32,000 nt of DNA from Geobacter metallireducens GS-15 (GTDB lineage: Bacteria > Desulfobacterota > Desulfuromonadia > Geobacterales > Geobacteraceae): positions 270,001 through 302,000 of the forward strand of contig NC_007517.1 of the NCBI RefSeq assembly GCF_000012925.1, given 5' to 3'. Below, one piece after another: positions 1 through 8,853 of the stretch; position 1 is the first letter of the stretch, and every line of letters begins with the position of its first letter. The translations under genes and the position numbers were made by a program. Under the pieces are notes generated by a model. It searched no databases. It was given only the letters and a program-made list of their open reading frames with translations, and had not been told where the DNA came from.

Positions 1-322
1 GGCGGATGGCGAAGAGCGGTTCGAAGATGAACTCGTCGCGGCAGACGGGGCATTTGCCGGGGGAGGTGAGGCGGTCGCGTTTGGCGAATACGAAGCCGCA
101 GGCGCGGCATTCGGCAGGGGTGACCTCCAGGTATCCTCCACTGGCGTGGATGCTGAGACGGATATGCTCCAGGTGGCTATAGACCTCCTTTTCCGCCAAA
201 TGTGCCTGGCTCGAAATCTCTCTGGCGGAGAGGGGGTGATCGCGAATCAGCTCCATGACGGCGTGGCGGGCCGTTTCCTGGGCAGGGCGCGGTACGGCTG
301 GTTTCCGCGGTATCTGTTTCAT
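1..322 (-). CDS. Small HTH plus zinc-ribbon transcriptional regulator (COG3357-like); 3' end cut by the window edge
   Basis: The reverse-strand frame runs off the left edge, so it has no stop in the window and is absent from the ORF track. ATG at 320-322 is preceded by GGGAGG. Translation: MKQIPRKPAVPRPAQETARHAVMELIRDHPLSAREISSQAHLAEKEVYSHLEHIRLSIHASGGYLEVTPAECRACGFVFAKRDRLTSPGKCPVCRDEFIFEPLFAIR. This gives a helix-turn-helix-like N-terminus followed by two CxxC pairs (zinc ribbon). Confidence 0.6.
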   Translation of the reverse strand, partial: MKQIPRKPAVPRPAQETARHAVMELIRDHPLSAREISSQAHLAEKEVYSHLEHIRLSIHASGGYLEVTPAECRACGFVFAKRDRLTSPGKCPVCRDEFIFEPLFAIR

Positions 323-362
323 GGGGCCTCCCACGGGAACCTCCTCTGATGGGGGAAAGAAC

Positions 363-387
363 GGGGGAGGCTTTCATGGCCTCCCCC
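363..387 (-). terminator. Rho-independent terminator candidate downstream of the DUF4382 lipoprotein gene
   Basis: Perfect 9-bp GC-rich stem, gggggaggc (363-371) with gcctccccc (379-387), and a 7-nt loop. On the minus strand it is followed by CGTTCTTTCC. It lies 11 nt past the stop at 398. Confidence 0.5.
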
Positions 388-397
388 GTATCGGGCG

Positions 398-1348
398 TCA
401 GGGTGTCGGGGTCAGATGAATGGCGCCGAGGTCGGTGGTTGCCTTGGATGCGACGGAAACGGCGGCGGACGAATAGAGCTGGAAACCGTTGGCGGCGACG
501 AATGCCTTGTAGGCGACTGTCGCGGTGCTGGGCGGAACAAATACCGCAAAGGGGGCCTGCCACGTGCCGCTCGTGTAGTTGCTGAAGATCGTGCCGGCGG
601 CGATGGGATTCACGTCGTTGATGGCGCCGCGGCGTTTCACCGACACCGTGGCGCTCGACCAGTCTGCGAACGGGGAAACGACCGTGCCGGAAATTGACCC
701 ATAGGCTGGAATCACATCCTCCATCTGGATTATCCGTATTCCCGTAGGTTTCAGGATATATTTTTCGTTTTGCGGGGTGTTGCCGCGTTCAACAATGGCG
801 GTGTTGGGATCGAAGTCGATGGCGATGGCGTTGATCACCCCCGGTTCAACCACAAACCTGCCAAGCACCTTGAGTCCCGATTGTTGTGCGCTGGGCGTCT
901 TGAGGGGAATCTTTGTGTTCGGGTCGGATTTGAGGGTAACGTAATTGACCGGGTTCTGCCCATTGACGTTTGGTTCAAGGATCAGGCGGACCTGGCTGTA
1001 GGTTCCCACGGGAAGGGTTACCGTGCCGAGCAGTTCCTGGACATAGGCAAGGTCGAGAACGTTGAAGCTGGGGGATGGTTCAGCAAGCGGAATGGTGATT
1101 AGCAGGGGGTCGTCGTCGGATGCATTCTGGTCATATTCGACCGGTACGATTTTGACAGCTTTGATTTTTATCCTCACTTCAGCAAAATCGTCACTCAGTT
1201 TGTCGGTCAAGGCAACCTTCAGTGTACCGGTTGAGGCTGTCCCTCCTCCGCCTCCCCCGCCACTGCACCCCTGGAACTGGACCAGAGCCAGCGTCGCGAC
1301 AGCAAAGAACACCATTGTTTTCAGAGCGGATCTCATCTGTACCATCAT
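398..1348 (-). CDS. DUF4382-like lipoprotein with a C-terminal carboxypeptidase-regulatory-like beta domain
   Basis: Signal peptide and lipobox (FFAVATLALVQFQGC) followed by a Gly7 linker. The segment LKVALTDKLSDDFAEVRIKIKAVKIVPVE resembles the DUF4382 N-terminus. AAGGAG lies 4-7 nt upstream of the tandem ATGs at 1348/1345. Confidence 0.75.
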   Translation of the reverse strand: MMVQMRSALKTMVFFAVATLALVQFQGCSGGGGGGGTASTGTLKVALTDKLSDDFAEVRIKIKAVKIVPVEYDQNASDDDPLLITIPLAEPSPSFNVLDLAYVQELLGTVTLPVGTYSQVRLILEPNVNGQNPVNYVTLKSDPNTKIPLKTPSAQQSGLKVLGRFVVEPGVINAIAIDFDPNTAIVERGNTPQNEKYILKPTGIRIIQMEDVIPAYGSISGTVVSPFADWSSATVSVKRRGAINDVNPIAAGTIFSNYTSGTWQAPFAVFVPPSTATVAYKAFVAANGFQLYSSAAVSVASKATTDLGAIHLTPTP

Positions 1349-1384
1349 GAATCTCCTTTCCCCGATTTTTCAGTGCCATAGCAC

Positions 1385-1430
1385 AAAAAAACCGGGCTGT
1401 CGAAAATGTGGTGACATTTCGGCAACCCGG
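1385..1430 (-). terminator. Rho-independent terminator candidate after the GT39/GT2 gene pair
   Basis: Imperfect ~15-bp hairpin: ccgggctgtcgaaaatg (1392-1408), loop tggtga, catttcggcaacccgg (1415-1430). On the minus strand a T7 run follows (A7 at 1385-1391 on plus). Confidence 0.55.
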
Positions 1431-1595
1431 CTGTCTCGGTGAGACCCTGTGGGCTTTCCGCCCCATCCTCGCGGATGGTTTAGTATTGTCGTGTATCACG
1501 TTGATTTGTAATGGAAAGTATACCGGCCGTCCGGGTGAAGTCAAGCTGCGTTCGCGGGATATAGGGGGAGGAGGATACGATGATGAAATGATTAG

Positions 1596-2342
1596 TTATG
1601 TTTTGCCGGGGATGTCTCCATAGCCTCCGGTAAGGTTGGTGAACCGTATCCGCAGCACTTCGCCGAGCATCCGGAAGGAATCCCGTACCAGGCGAACCTT
1701 TGTCCCCTCCACATCAGACCAGTTTACCGGCACCTCAACGACCACATACCCCAAACGCCGGGCCAAGAAGAGGAGTTCCACGTCAAACCCGAAACCGGTA
1801 ATCCTTTGCCGCGGGAAAATGTCTTCGGCGGCAGAGGCCGTGAAGAGCTTGAAGCCGCACTGGGAATCGTGAATGCCCCGTACTGCAAGGGCTCGTATGA
1901 GCCCGTTGAAAACCGTTCCCATGATTTTGCGGTGTACCCTTCCCTGTACGATGCACTCGTCGGACCTCATGGCCCGTGAGCCGATGGCAATGTCGGCCCC
2001 TTGCTCACGGGCATCGAGCAGCCGTCGGATCTCTTCGACGGGCGTTGCCCCATCGGCATCGGCAAAAACGCGGAGTTGGCCCTTCGCGGCGCTCATCCCG
2101 GTTTTTACCGCAAACCCCTTCCCCCTGTTCCGGTCGAGCGCTTCCAGCCGCAGGCAGGAATGCTGCGCCATGAGCGCTTTCACCAGCGCCGCCGTCCCGT
2201 CGGAGCTGCCGTCATCCACGACAACTATCTCGAATGAATAGGACTGCCCCGCGAAAAACCCGATTACCCGTTCCAGGTAGGATGGGAGGCGTTGCTCTTC
2301 GTTGTAGGCAGGTATGATGAATGACAGGAATGGAGTTTTCAC
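1596..2342 (-). CDS. GT2-family polyprenyl/dolichyl-phosphate hexosyltransferase (ArnC/DPM1/Alg5-like)
   Basis: FLSFIIPAYNEEQRLPSYL...FEIVVVDDGSSDGT...FADADGATP is the GT-A signature with DxD. The track ORF (1596-2558) overlaps the upstream gene by about 200 nt. I placed the start at the in-frame GTG at 2340-2342 (VKTPFLSF...), 19 nt after the upstream stop. The in-frame ATG at 2453 is an alternative. Confidence 0.85.
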   Translation of the reverse strand: MKTPFLSFIIPAYNEEQRLPSYLERVIGFFAGQSYSFEIVVVDDGSSDGTAALVKALMAQHSCLRLEALDRNRGKGFAVKTGMSAAKGQLRVFADADGATPVEEIRRLLDAREQGADIAIGSRAMRSDECIVQGRVHRKIMGTVFNGLIRALAVRGIHDSQCGFKLFTASAAEDIFPRQRITGFGFDVELLFLARRLGYVVVEVPVNWSDVEGTKVRLVRDSFRMLGEVLRIRFTNLTGGYGDIPGKT

Positions 2343-2361
2343 GGGGCCACCAGACAAGATG

Positions 2362-4056
2362 TCACTGCCGGACAAACCGGTAGACAATATAGGGGAGTCC
2401 GCCCGGCTCCTGGCCGATGTAGACCGCTTCAATGCCGGGAAGAGGCGGGGCATTGCCGCCCGTCCCGAAAAGGGGCTGATAGAGTATCTCCAGCTGGGGG
2501 CGCATGGAGAGGAGCTGGATTGTCGCAATGAGGTAGTCCGCATGATTCTTGTCGGCAAAGGCGATTATTTCAGCGAGGCTTCCCTGGGGAGGCATCAGGT
2601 AGGCGCGCTGGGAGTAGAAACCGATCCTGCCGGAACGGGTTATGATTGTCGCCCCCGGGGGAATGATGCTTCTTAGCCGGAGCCCGACCTGCTTGTCGTC
2701 ATACCGGGCGCCGTCCTGGGTGTAGTGGTAGGGGGGCTTTGGCGCGGGGATGCCGCTGTAGACGTACCAAAGCCCGAGAACCGCAACGATGGGGAGGACG
2801 ATTCCCGTTTCCAGGGGGGTAATCCGGCGGACCCATGAATCGATCCGGGCGAGGCCGCCCCCCGTTGCCATGAGGAAGACCGGCACATAGGCGTAAAATC
2901 CCCGGGGCTGCACAAAATACACCACATACAGGGCCAGGGGCGAGCAGACGGAAGCCAGGAGCAGGCGGTCCATGAGCCCCTGGCGGGCGGGTGCCGCGCG
3001 CTCTCCCCCATCCTCCGGTTCATAGCGGGGGAGCCACAGGTACCCGATGCATGACAGCACAAACAGGAACCACGGAAAGGTGCCGGCAAGTTCCCGGGGG
3101 AGGGCGTGGAGATTATCGCGGATATTGCCCCAGAAAATATCCGGGGATTCCTTCATCAGGTCAAGCAGCGTCGAATTGCCTCCCCCTACCTCCTGCCCCT
3201 GCTCGTTGAGTCGCATGTGCTGGTCGGGAGGGGTTTCGCCCCGGTATTCGCGAATAATGCTGGAGTTCAGGCCCGTCTTGCCGCTCAACTGCCAGGCACC
3301 GGTCACGTTGTGGAGGTAATTCATGTACGGTGCGGCCGGCACCAGGAATCCGCACCAGAAAACCGCCAGAAGCAGGGCCTGCCCCATCCACCCTTTCCGG
3401 GGGGGAAGAAAAAGCAGTAGGAGCAGGATGCCGGCAAATGCCGCGGCGACAATGAATCCTTCGGGGCGCGCCAGGTAGGCGATTCCGAGGAGCGCTCCGG
3501 CGGCGAAAGCTGTGCCTTTGCCGCGGGCGGCAAGGCATCTTCTGAATGCCCACGCCGCGGCAAGGGCAAAGAAGGTGTACGTGGGTTCAGTGATGTCGAT
3601 GCCGGACATGCCGTGCAGAAAGGGGAGGGTGATGAACAGGATGGACGCGCACAGGGCGGCGCGCCTCCCCCAGAGGTCCAGGGCGAGGCCATAGAGGGGG
3701 ATCAGGGTAAGGGCGTTGAAAAAGACGGAAACCATCCTGGCCGAGGTTTCGAGATTGTCGAGTGCCAGATTGAACAGGCCCACGAGAAACGGATACAGCG
3801 GCGGGAATAGCGTCCCGAAACAGCGGGGATCACCGGTTTTGAAAAAGGCTTTCCCCGAGCTGGCATAACCGGCGCCGTCGGCCGATACGACATCGTACTG
3901 CCGCAAGCCGTAAACGCTGTACGCAGCGGCAAGTGCAATCAGCAGCAGTACAAGTGCCGCGTCGACCGATTTTATCCTGCCTATGCCCGGCAGCTGGAAA
4001 GTCCGCTTATCCCCTGTCATTGCCCCAATGCCCCTTATCCTTTCATTAAACACCAT
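2362..4056 (-). CDS. GT39/GT83-like (ArnT/PMT family, GT-C fold) polytopic membrane glycosyltransferase
   Basis: 564 aa with many predicted TM helices. It has an N-terminal periplasmic loop (SADGAGYASSGKAFFKTGD) and a soluble C-terminal domain. It sits directly upstream of a GT2 polyprenyl-phosphate transferase, as in ArnT/ArnC-type pairs. Confidence 0.75.
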   Translation of the reverse strand: MVFNERIRGIGAMTGDKRTFQLPGIGRIKSVDAALVLLLIALAAAYSVYGLRQYDVVSADGAGYASSGKAFFKTGDPRCFGTLFPPLYPFLVGLFNLALDNLETSARMVSVFFNALTLIPLYGLALDLWGRRAALCASILFITLPFLHGMSGIDITEPTYTFFALAAAWAFRRCLAARGKGTAFAAGALLGIAYLARPEGFIVAAAFAGILLLLLFLPPRKGWMGQALLLAVFWCGFLVPAAPYMNYLHNVTGAWQLSGKTGLNSSIIREYRGETPPDQHMRLNEQGQEVGGGNSTLLDLMKESPDIFWGNIRDNLHALPRELAGTFPWFLFVLSCIGYLWLPRYEPEDGGERAAPARQGLMDRLLLASVCSPLALYVVYFVQPRGFYAYVPVFLMATGGGLARIDSWVRRITPLETGIVLPIVAVLGLWYVYSGIPAPKPPYHYTQDGARYDDKQVGLRLRSIIPPGATIITRSGRIGFYSQRAYLMPPQGSLAEIIAFADKNHADYLIATIQLLSMRPQLEILYQPLFGTGGNAPPLPGIEAVYIGQEPGGLPYIVYRFVRQ

Positions 4057-4181
4057 CCGGTTCCTGTGATTCCTTTATCACAGGCAATCCGAAAGGGAAA
4101 GGGGTTCAGTCTGCCGGCAATCATCGTGGTTTCCGCAAAAGTGACGGGAACCCTTCTCGGCAGCCTGCCGGGGAGCACGCA

Positions 4182-4210
4182 ATTATATCTCCTGCCAATC
4201 TTTGAGCATC
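4182..4210 (-). promoter_or_regulatory. Sigma70-type promoter candidate for the GT39/GT2 operon
   Basis: Perfect TATAAT on the minus strand (plus attata at 4182-4187) in the AT-richer divergent intergenic region. The -35 is only weak. It would give a ~118-nt leader. Confidence 0.35.
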
Positions 4211-4224
4211 GTGTAAGATAGTGC

Positions 4225-4254
4225 TTGCATTGCGAAAAACTAAAATGGTACAAA
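4225..4254 (+). promoter_or_regulatory. Sigma70-type promoter candidate for the DUF4350-like gene
   Basis: TTGCAT (4225-4230), an 18-nt spacer ending in TGG, then TACAAA (4249-4254). It lies about 35 nt upstream of the ATG at 4289. Confidence 0.3.
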
Positions 4255-4288
4255 TAAGACCTAAATAGTCCTTTTGTGGAGGGTAACC

Positions 4289-5053
4289 ATGTTCGCATCA
4301 GTGAAAAGAGCGGTCCTGTCGGTCGGTGCCGCAGTTTGCATGATTTTTTCTTCGGCGATTGTCTCCTGGGGGGCCGGGCCGCTGGTGGTGGTTGACCAGG
4401 GGCACGGCCAGCGTTTTCTCGTTGAGCAGAAAGGTGAATTGCACCTTTCTGGCCTGGCGGCTACCCTTGGGGAGGAGGGGCTGCAGGTAACCACCGGTCG
4501 GGAGCGTCTCACCGACGAATCACTTGCCAAGGCGGCGGCGTTGGTGATCTCCGGTCCCTTTGAGCCCCTGGCGTCGGAGGAGGTGGATGCGGTGATCCGC
4601 TTCCTGGAGCGCGGGGGACGGGTTGCCCTCATGCTCCACATCGGGCACCCCCTTGCCGGGCTCATCCACCGGGTGGGGGGTGACTTCTCCAACAGCGTCC
4701 TCCACGAGCGCCAGAACGTCATTGACGATAACGACATCACCTTCCGGGTGCGGGACCTGGCGACCCATCCCCTCTTCAGCGGGCTGGAGCAGTTCAGCCT
4801 CTATGGCGGCTGGGCCTTGAACGGCCTGACCTCCCTTGCCCGGACCAGCGCCGAAGCCTGGGTCGACCTGGACGGGAACCGCAAACTGTCAGCCGGTGAT
4901 GCGGCGGACCGCTTCACGGTGGTTGCGGAAGGGAGCATCGGCTCCGGTCGCATCCTCATCTTTGGCGACGACGCCATCTTCCAGAACCGGTACCTGGACG
5001 AAAACAACACCCGCCTGGCCCGTAACCTGGCCCACTGGCTGGCAGGAAGGTAA
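4289..5053 (+). CDS. Secreted DUF4350-like protein (GATase1-like fold family), function unknown
   Basis: GGAGGG (4278-4283) lies 5 nt before the ATG at 4289; the track start at 4274 is a TTG. There is an N-terminal signal-like segment (AVLSVGAAVCMIFSSAIVSWGA). The segments VVVDQGHGQRF and ILIFGDDAIFQNRYLDENNTRLARNLAHWL resemble DUF4350/GldG-N-type proteins. Confidence 0.6.
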   Translation: MFASVKRAVLSVGAAVCMIFSSAIVSWGAGPLVVVDQGHGQRFLVEQKGELHLSGLAATLGEEGLQVTTGRERLTDESLAKAAALVISGPFEPLASEEVDAVIRFLERGGRVALMLHIGHPLAGLIHRVGGDFSNSVLHERQNVIDDNDITFRVRDLATHPLFSGLEQFSLYGGWALNGLTSLARTSAEAWVDLDGNRKLSAGDAADRFTVVAEGSIGSGRILIFGDDAIFQNRYLDENNTRLARNLAHWLAGR

Positions 5054-5125
5054 TCAGCGGTATTAGCCCGGGCGGTCTTCACGGGCCGCCTTGCCTCTCT
5101 CTTCAGTTTCCCCCATAATGGAGCC

Positions 5126-6634
5126 ATGCTCCTCATCCATCCCCCTGTTGCCAAACCCGGCGAGCCCCCCGCCGGCATTGCCCGCCTTGCCGGGGCGCTT
5201 CGCGTCAATGGCCTCCCGTGCCGCGTGCTCGATGCCAACTTGGAGGGGCTCCTCTGGCTCATGGAGCAGCCCGAGCCAGGGACCGACACCTGGACCCGTC
5301 GGGCTGTGAAGGGGAGGGGAGGCCACTTGGCCGCGCTGCGGGAGCGGCAAACCTACCGTTCCCCCGACCGTTACGTACGGGCGGTTATGGACCTGAACCG
5401 CCTCCTGGCCGTGGCAGGGAAAGAGAATGGGGCCACGGTGGGGCTCGCGGACTATGAGCAGGCCGACTTTTCGCCGGTCTCCAGCGCCGGTCTCCTCAGG
5501 GCAGCGGCGGAGCCGGAGCGCAATCCCTTCTTCCCCTGGTTCAGCAGGCGCCTCCCGGAGTTGCTGGACGACATCCGGGTCGTAGGTATCTCTCTCAACT
5601 ACCTGAGCCAGGCGGTCACCACCTTTGCCCTCATCGGCTTTATCCGGCAGCGGTTTCCGGATCTCACGGTGGTGCTCGGCGGCGGGCTCGTGACCTCGTG
5701 GCTGCGGCGCCCCGCCTGGCGCAACCCCTTCGGCGGTCTCGTGGACCACATGATCGCCGGGCCGGGGGAAGAGCCCCTCCTGGCCCTCCTCGGCGCCCGT
5801 CCGGAATGCCGGCAGCCGCCACTGCCGGCCTACGACCTCCTCCCCCTTGCCGGCTACCTCTCCCCTGGCCTCGTCCTCCCCTACAGCGCCGCCAGCGGCT
5901 GCTGGTGGAACCGCTGCTCCTTTTGTCCCGAGCGGGCCGAGGGGAACCCGTACCGTCCCATCCCGGCCTCCCAGGCCCTCGACGAGCTGCGGACTCTTGC
6001 CGACCGGTACCGGCCGGCCCTCATCCATCTGTTGGACAACGCGGTCAGCCCCTCACTGTTACGCAGCCTTGCGAACACCCCGCCCGGCGCGCCGTGGTAC
6101 GGCTTTGCACGGATTGACGACACCCTGGCTGATTACGATTTCTGCCGGGCACTCAGGCGTTCGGGGTGCGTCATGCTCAAGTTGGGGCTGGAGTCGGGGG
6201 ACCAGGGGGTTCTGGACCGGCTCCACAAGGGGATCGATCTGGGGACGGCAGGGCGGGTGCTGGAGAACCTGCGGCTTGCGGGAATCGCCGTTTACGGCTA
6301 CCTCCTCTTCGGCACGCCGGCCGAGGCGGAGGAGGACGCCCGGCGAACCCTGGATTTTGTGGTTCGCCACCGGGAGGCCATAACCTTTCTCAACCTGGCG
6401 GTCTTCAATATGCCGGCGTTTGGAGATGAGGCCATCGACCACGGGACCGAGCCCTTCTACGGGGGAGACCTTCCCCTCTACACCGGGTTCCGCCACCCCC
6501 GGGGGTGGGGCCGCAGGGAGGTGCGACGTTTCCTGGACCGGGAGTTCACCCGCCACCCCGCCGTGGCGGAAATTCTCCGCCGGGATCCGCCTCTTTTCAC
6601 CTCAAACCACGCGCCGTTTTTCGCAGGCGGGTGA
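5126..6634 (+). CDS. B12-binding-domain radical SAM protein (class B-like), unknown substrate
   Basis: The N-terminus MLLIHPPVAKPGEPPAGIARLAGALRVNGLPCRVLD is typical of cobalamin-binding-domain rSAM enzymes. Cys cluster SGCWWNRCSFCPE at 5900-5926. LKLGLESGD and YGYLLFGTPAE are rSAM core motifs. Confidence 0.9.
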   Translation: MLLIHPPVAKPGEPPAGIARLAGALRVNGLPCRVLDANLEGLLWLMEQPEPGTDTWTRRAVKGRGGHLAALRERQTYRSPDRYVRAVMDLNRLLAVAGKENGATVGLADYEQADFSPVSSAGLLRAAAEPERNPFFPWFSRRLPELLDDIRVVGISLNYLSQAVTTFALIGFIRQRFPDLTVVLGGGLVTSWLRRPAWRNPFGGLVDHMIAGPGEEPLLALLGARPECRQPPLPAYDLLPLAGYLSPGLVLPYSAASGCWWNRCSFCPERAEGNPYRPIPASQALDELRTLADRYRPALIHLLDNAVSPSLLRSLANTPPGAPWYGFARIDDTLADYDFCRALRRSGCVMLKLGLESGDQGVLDRLHKGIDLGTAGRVLENLRLAGIAVYGYLLFGTPAEAEEDARRTLDFVVRHREAITFLNLAVFNMPAFGDEAIDHGTEPFYGGDLPLYTGFRHPRGWGRREVRRFLDREFTRHPAVAEILRRDPPLFTSNHAPFFAGG

Positions 6635-6712
6635 ATCCCTTGGTTGCGTGGGCGATTGGTGGTATGGTGCCGGTGGTTCCATTAATCGCCATGTTCAGGA
6701 AGTGACAGCCCC

Positions 6713-7699
6713 ATGCCCCACCGCACCCACCCCTTCAGCACCCTTACCCCCGCCTTCATCATGGATGCCGTGGAGAGCCAGGGGTTCGCCTGCGATTGCC
6801 GCACCCTGGCCCTGAACAGCTACGAGAACCGGGTCTATCAGGTGGGGATCGAGGAGGGGGAACCCCTCGTGGCCAAGTTCTACCGCCCCGGTCGCTGGAC
6901 CGACGAGCAGATCGTGGAGGAGCACGAGTTCTGCGCCGAACTGGCGGGCCACGAGCTTCCCGTGGTGGCCCCCTGGCGCAACGCCGCCGGCCACACACTC
7001 TTCCACCACGGCGGGTTCCGCTTCGCCCTCTATCCCCGCCAGGGGGGACGGGCGCCGGAGTTCGACAACCTGGACAACCTCCTGGTCCTCGGGCGGATGC
7101 TGGGGCGGATGCACCGCATCGGCGCCGTTACTCCCTTCGCCCACCGTCCCACCCTGGACAGCCAGAGCTTCGGCCGCGAAAGCGTGGCCCTGATCCGGGA
7201 CCGCTTCATTCCCCCCGACCTGCGGGAGAGCTACGCGGCCGTGACCGGCATGCTCCTGGAGACGGTCGACGCCACCTTCGCCGAGATGGGGGCGGTCCGG
7301 TACCTGCGGACCCACGGCGACTGCCACGCCGGGAACATCCTCTGGCGCGGCGACGCCCCTCACTTCGTGGACTTCGACGACGCCCGCATGGCGCCGGCCG
7401 TGCAGGACCTCTGGATGATGCTCTCCGGCGACCGCCCTCGAAAGCTCGCCCAACTGGATTCTCTGCTGGAGGGGTACACGGAGTTCAACGAGTTCGACTC
7501 CCGGGAACTCAGGCTCATCGAGCCCCTGCGGGCCCTGCGGGTTCTCCACTACAGCGCCTGGCTCGCCCGCCGCTGGGAAGACCCCATCTTTCCCGCCACC
7601 TTCCCCTGGTTCAACACCCCCCGCTACTGGAACGACCAGATCATCGAGCTGCGGGAGCAGGTTGCGGCCCTGACGGAGCCCCCCCTGGAGCTTCCCTGA
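6713..7699 (+). CDS. srkA: Stress response serine/threonine kinase SrkA (YihE/RdoA family)
   Basis: Near-colinear resemblance to E. coli YihE: LNSYENRVYQV, KFYRPGRWTDEQIVEEHEF, HGDCHAGNILWR, FVDFDDARMAPAVQDLWMML, IEPLRALRVLHYSAWLARRWEDPIFP. Confidence 0.92.
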   Translation: MPHRTHPFSTLTPAFIMDAVESQGFACDCRTLALNSYENRVYQVGIEEGEPLVAKFYRPGRWTDEQIVEEHEFCAELAGHELPVVAPWRNAAGHTLFHHGGFRFALYPRQGGRAPEFDNLDNLLVLGRMLGRMHRIGAVTPFAHRPTLDSQSFGRESVALIRDRFIPPDLRESYAAVTGMLLETVDATFAEMGAVRYLRTHGDCHAGNILWRGDAPHFVDFDDARMAPAVQDLWMMLSGDRPRKLAQLDSLLEGYTEFNEFDSRELRLIEPLRALRVLHYSAWLARRWEDPIFPATFPWFNTPRYWNDQIIELREQVAALTEPPLELP

Positions 7700-7814
7700 A
7701 CCATCCCTTTGGGGTGTCGCCGGTTGTGACATCCCTGATTCTGTGTTACAAAAGAGATGAGCCTTGAACCTCCCGATTTGTATGCGGAAAATAGATAAAG
7801 GAGCATGAGTTGCC

Positions 7815-8687
7815 ATGAAATTACTGGACGGGAAGAAGTGTGCCGAGAGCCTGGTTGCCGACATCGCCAGGAAAGTGGCAGGGTATGAAGAGTCGGGCCT
7901 CCGGAAGCCCCACATGACGGTCATTCTCGTGGGGGAGCACGCACCGAGCGAGTCCTACGTGAAGTCCAAGATCAAGTCGTGCGGGAATGCCGGGTTCGAG
8001 GGGACGCTCCTGCGCTTCCCGGACACCATCACCGAGGCGGAGCTTCTGGAGAAGATCCGCGGGATCAACGCCGACCCCACCACCGACGGCCTCATCGTGC
8101 AGCTCCCCCTCCCCCGGCACATCAACCAGCAGCACATCATCAACGCCATTGCCCCCGAGAAGGACATCGACGGGTTCCACCCCACGAACTTCGGCCGCAT
8201 GACCCTGGGGCAGAAGGCGTTCCGCCCCGCCACCGCCTACGGCATCTGCAAGCTGCTGCAGTTCTACGAGATCCCGGTCTGGGGGAAGCACTGCGTGGTC
8301 ATCGGCCGCTCCAACATCGTGGGAAAGCCCATCTCCATCATGCTCTCCAACGACTTCGACATCGGCAACGCCACCGTGACCCTGACCCACATCGAGACCC
8401 CCCGGGAGCTCCTGTTGGACGAAACGCGCCGGGCCGACATCGTCATCGTGGCCGTCGGCATCCCCGGCTTCGTCACCGAGGACATGGTGAAGGAGGGGGT
8501 GGTTGTCATCGACGTGGGGATCAACCGGCTGGAGGACGGCAAGATTGTGGGGGACGTGGACTTCGAGAACGTGAAGAAGAAGTGCTCCTGGATCACCCCG
8601 GTCCCCGGCGGCGTGGGGCGCATGACGGTGGCCGCCCTCATGATCAACACCCTCATGGCCTACCAGAACAATTTCGACCTGGTCTGA
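7815..8687 (+). CDS. folD: Bifunctional methylenetetrahydrofolate dehydrogenase / methenyl-THF cyclohydrolase
   Basis: MKLLDGKK..., [50 protein letters not shown] are FolD signatures. AAAGGAG at 7797-7803. Confidence 0.95.
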   Translation: MKLLDGKKCAESLVADIARKVAGYEESGLRKPHMTVILVGEHAPSESYVKSKIKSCGNAGFEGTLLRFPDTITEAELLEKIRGINADPTTDGLIVQLPLPRHINQQHIINAIAPEKDIDGFHPTNFGRMTLGQKAFRPATAYGICKLLQFYEIPVWGKHCVVIGRSNIVGKPISIMLSNDFDIGNATVTLTHIETPRELLLDETRRADIVIVAVGIPGFVTEDMVKEGVVVIDVGINRLEDGKIVGDVDFENVKKKCSWITPVPGGVGRMTVAALMINTLMAYQNNFDLV

Positions 8688-8731
8688 GGATATCCGGCGC
8701 CCGCCGGAACCCTAACGTGACATCCCCCGTG

Positions 8732-8763
8732 AACGGCGGCCCCTGGCCGCCGTTTTCATTTTT
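8732..8763 (+). terminator. Rho-independent terminator of folD
   Basis: 10-bp stem, aacggcggcc (8732-8741) with ggccgccgtt (8745-8754), followed by ttcattttt. Confidence 0.7.
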
Positions 8764-8853
8764 GTGCGGCGACTGTTGCCGGGCAAGGTTGCGAACCGGG
8801 CGAAGAACGGTAAGGTATAGGGACACACGATCTCGGTCACAGGGTGGTGGCCC

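Noticed and set aside
1363-1378. A sigma54-like TGGCAC on the minus strand (TGGCACTGAAAAATCG) just upstream of the DUF4382 gene
   Set aside because: The -12 element does not fit: AATC where TTGC is expected. The predicted start site would also fall on the ribosome-binding site. A lone TGGCAC hexamer is not sufficient.
4083-4110. GGCAATCC-GAAA-GG followed by GAAAGGGG, superficially reminiscent of the GEMM-I cyclic dinucleotide riboswitches common in Geobacter
   Set aside because: The conserved ACGCAAAGCC core and the second paired element are missing. The segment also lies upstream of the predicted plus-strand promoter and in the wrong orientation for the minus-strand leader.
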